This document shows, in pieces, positions 61,592 through 64,000 of a stretch of 64,000 nucleotides of DNA. Within the stretch, counting starts at the first letter, position 1; each line of letters begins with the position of its first letter. Below the pieces are notes generated by a model that ran no database searches, was not told where the DNA came from, and saw only the letters and a list, made by a program, of their open reading frames with translations. The stretch lies in contig CANJVR010000006.1 in assembly GCA_947478395.1 (NCBI GenBank), positions 65,007 through 129,006 of the forward strand, written 5' to 3'. The stretch comes from Opitutia bacterium (GTDB lineage: Bacteria; Verrucomicrobiota; Verrucomicrobiia; Opitutales; Opitutaceae). Both the position numbers and the translations under genes were made by a program.

Positions 61592-63904
61592 TCACAGGAA
61601 GTCACTCCAGTTTTTTCCGTAGAGCAGCACCTCAGGTTCCAGCTCGATGCCGTGCGCCTGCCGGACTTTCGCGCGCACACGCCGAACCAACTCAATCAGG
61701 TCGGCACTCGTCGCCGCGCCTCGATTGACAATGAAATTTGCATGCACCGGCGAGACCTCGGCGTCCCCCACCCGCTCCCCCTTCAAGCCGCTCAGATCGA
61801 TCAGTCTTCCGGCGGAACTACCTTCGGGATTCTTGAAAATGCACCCGGCGCTCGGCTCGCGCGGCTGCGATTCCTGGCGCTTTCGACGATAGACATCGAT
61901 CTGTCGGCTCACCGCCGAGACATCCGCGGCGGCCGCCGGTTTCAACACCGCGCCGAGCGCGATCGCATCGTGTAATTCGGCGCAATGCCGGTAGGCCACG
62001 TGCATCTCGGATTTTTTTACAGTCCGGATCTCGCCGGAGAGCGTGACGAGCCGCACTTCCTCAACGACGTCGAACATCCAGCCGCCCATTGCGCCCGCAT
62101 TCATCCGCAGCGCCCCACCGACACTACCAGGAATGCCTTCGAGAAATTCAAAACCCACCAGGCCCGCCTTCGCCGCCAGGCCACAGAGGTTTTTCAGCCG
62201 CAGACCGGCGCCAACCGCAATCCGTCCATCCGGCCGGGGCTCAAACTTCGCCCAATATTCATGGCTGAGCGAGACGACCAGGCCTTCGACGCCGTCATCG
62301 GGTACGACCAAATTCGAACCACGACCCAGCACGAAAACCTCGATCTGCGACTGCACCGCCGCGGCGAGCAGTGCGCAAAGATCATCCTCGTTCGCCGGCT
62401 CGGCGTAAACTCGCGCCGCGCCCCCAATGCGGATGGTGGTCTTTTTCGCCAGCGACTCCTCCCGTTTTATTTTTGTCGCCGGACCCAATACAGGTGTGAG
62501 CGACGTAACGAAATCGTCCCAGCGCGTCAGGGACTTTGGCCCCCGTCGGATACTTTCAATCCACGCCCGCGCCCTGCGATCGATGTCGCCGGCCCCTACG
62601 AAAACGACCAGATCGCCGCGTTTAACGTCGGTAGTAAGCGCGCGGAAAAAACCCGCATCGTCGCTTGGAATATAACTTACGGGCAGCGCGAACGCGTTCG
62701 ACTTTAGCACCGCCGCGAGATCGACCGTGGTCCCACCCGCGACCGGCGCTTCACCGGCGGAGTAGACATCCAACAAATGCACGCTGTCCCCCAGCGCGAG
62801 AGCCGCAGCGAACTCGACTTTGAATTGCGCCGTGCGACTGAAGCGGTGCGGTTGAAACACGACAATCAGCCGACGGCCCACGCCCACGCTCCGCCGCAAA
62901 CTAGCAAGCAGCGAGCGAATCTCCGCGGGATGATGCGCGTAGTCCTCGATTACCCGCAGCCCGTCGCCAGTGTGCAGCACCGTCTGACGACGCAGCACAC
63001 CCGGAAATTTACCGAGTGACGCCGACGTCACCGCCGCGCCCATCAATTGCGCCGCGGCGAGGGCCGCCGTGGCGTTGGCCGCATTGAATGCGCCCTGCGC
63101 CCGAACCGAAATTTCGATCGCCGAGGTGAAACATCCACCCAGGCGCAGCCCCATTCGCGAAAAATCGTCGACGACGACTGCACCGCTGAAATCTCCCGTC
63201 GGTCCGAACGTGGACGCATCGGGCGCGAGCTTCCGGCTCAACGCACAGGTCTCGCTCACGAGCACCGCTCCGCGCGTGCGCGAGAGGAGCGCCGCGAACG
63301 TCGCCTCAAGATCGGCCAGCCGGGGGTAATGATCGGGATGATCCCAATCCAGATTTACGACCACGGTAATTTCCGGCGTAAAGCCGTTGATGGTCCCGTC
63401 GCTCTCGTCGATTTCGGCGACGACCCAATCGTTGGCACCTGCGTCCGCGGGCGAACTACCATCCGCGAACAATCCGCCCAGCAGATAACCCGCGGGAAAA
63501 TCGGCCGCTCGCAGCGCGGTGATAAGCATCGCGGTCGTGGTGGTTTTACCATGCGAACCACAGACGGCGACGAGCCTCTTCCCCCGCACGACCTCCGCAA
63601 GCAATTCGCCGCGGCGGGCCAGCAAAAGCCCACGGACGGCTGCCGCGCGGTAGACCGGATGCGTCTGCGCAATCGCCGAGGAATAGGCCACCAATTCAGC
63701 TTCGGCGGGCAGCGACCCGATCGTAACCCCGGCCGCGGCAAGCAGCCCACGCACCTCCGAAGAAAGCGCGTCATCTTCGCCCGTAACGGCAAAGCCCAGA
63801 CGCGCCAAGTAGATCGCCAGCGGCGCCACGCCCATGCCACCCACGCCAAGACAATGCACGTGGCGAACCGCCCGGCCAAAAAGCAAAGGCAAGTCTGCGC
63901 TCAT
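61592..63904 (-). CDS. murC: MurC-MurB fusion protein
   Basis: N-terminal part: GSHGKTTT, EIDESDG, DYAHHP, FQPHRFSRT. C-terminal part: GRGSN, GIPGSVGGALRMNAGA, SAGCIFKNP, HANF, LEPEV. Confidence 0.93.
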   Translation of the reverse strand: MSADLPLLFGRAVRHVHCLGVGGMGVAPLAIYLARLGFAVTGEDDALSSEVRGLLAAAGVTIGSLPAEAELVAYSSAIAQTHPVYRAAAVRGLLLARRGELLAEVVRGKRLVAVCGSHGKTTTTAMLITALRAADFPAGYLLGGLFADGSSPADAGANDWVVAEIDESDGTINGFTPEITVVVNLDWDHPDHYPRLADLEATFAALLSRTRGAVLVSETCALSRKLAPDASTFGPTGDFSGAVVVDDFSRMGLRLGGCFTSAIEISVRAQGAFNAANATAALAAAQLMGAAVTSASLGKFPGVLRRQTVLHTGDGLRVIEDYAHHPAEIRSLLASLRRSVGVGRRLIVVFQPHRFSRTAQFKVEFAAALALGDSVHLLDVYSAGEAPVAGGTTVDLAAVLKSNAFALPVSYIPSDDAGFFRALTTDVKRGDLVVFVGAGDIDRRARAWIESIRRGPKSLTRWDDFVTSLTPVLGPATKIKREESLAKKTTIRIGGAARVYAEPANEDDLCALLAAAVQSQIEVFVLGRGSNLVVPDDGVEGLVVSLSHEYWAKFEPRPDGRIAVGAGLRLKNLCGLAAKAGLVGFEFLEGIPGSVGGALRMNAGAMGGWMFDVVEEVRLVTLSGEIRTVKKSEMHVAYRHCAELHDAIALGAVLKPAAAADVSAVSRQIDVYRRKRQESQPREPSAGCIFKNPEGSSAGRLIDLSGLKGERVGDAEVSPVHANFIVNRGAATSADLIELVRRVRAKVRQAHGIELEPEVLLYGKNWSDFL

Positions 63905-63999
63905 TGCGGCAACTCCTCCTCACCCCAAAACTCTCCGGGCGCGGCCGAAACCAACATGTCACCTAATTGGTGACTTGTTGGTTTCGGCCGCGCGGAAAT
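63901..63999 (-). CDS. 3' end of an upstream gene (probably murG by dcw gene order), partial
   Basis: Open frame ISARPKPTSHQLGDMLVSAAPGEFWGEEELPQ* whose TGA overlaps the murC ATG. Confidence 0.45.
   Translation of the reverse strand: MSARPKPTSHQLGDMLVSAAPGEFWGEEELPQ
63939..63993. repeat. 55-bp palindrome with 25-bp arms (24/25 match)
   Basis: GCGCGGCCGAAACCAACATGTCACC-TAATT-GGTGACTTGTTGGTTTCGGCCGCGC. Confidence 0.9.
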
Positions 64000-64000
64000 A

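Overview
GC-rich bacterial core-genome window. Gene content and style point to Verrucomicrobiota, probably Opitutaceae (inferred from the MurC-MurB fusion, the large TonB-type receptor with a 'TVLLTPFEV' motif, DUF2851 upstream of nusA and mostly SD-less starts). It carries housekeeping genes (cysE, pyrD, hemB, cysS, thrS, eno, recN, nusA-infB-rbfA-DHH-truB-ribF, murJ, ispA, gap-pgk-tpiA, mnmA, obgE, and the dcw tail murC/B-ddl-ftsQ-ftsA-ftsZ), three tRNAs (Leu-GAG, Val-GAC, Ser-TGA) and several hypothetical or envelope genes. I see no CRISPR array, prophage or intact transposase. The most interesting signals are non-coding. (1) A candidate ~70-nt sRNA at 35456-35526 has an ECF-type promoter and its own terminator, and its 5' end is an exact 13-nt complement of the leader of the TonB-dependent receptor gene 17.5 kb away. 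(2) A REP/RAYT system includes a RAYT C-terminal remnant between REP pairs after tpiA, an identical REP between truB and ribF, and a REP pair inserted in-frame inside ispA. (3) Several further palindromic repeat families (7-mer and 9-mer periodic, MITE-like) sit in operon junctions. (4) FtsZ lacks the catalytic T7-loop aspartate. All calls are by eye, without database searches, and start codons are best estimates.
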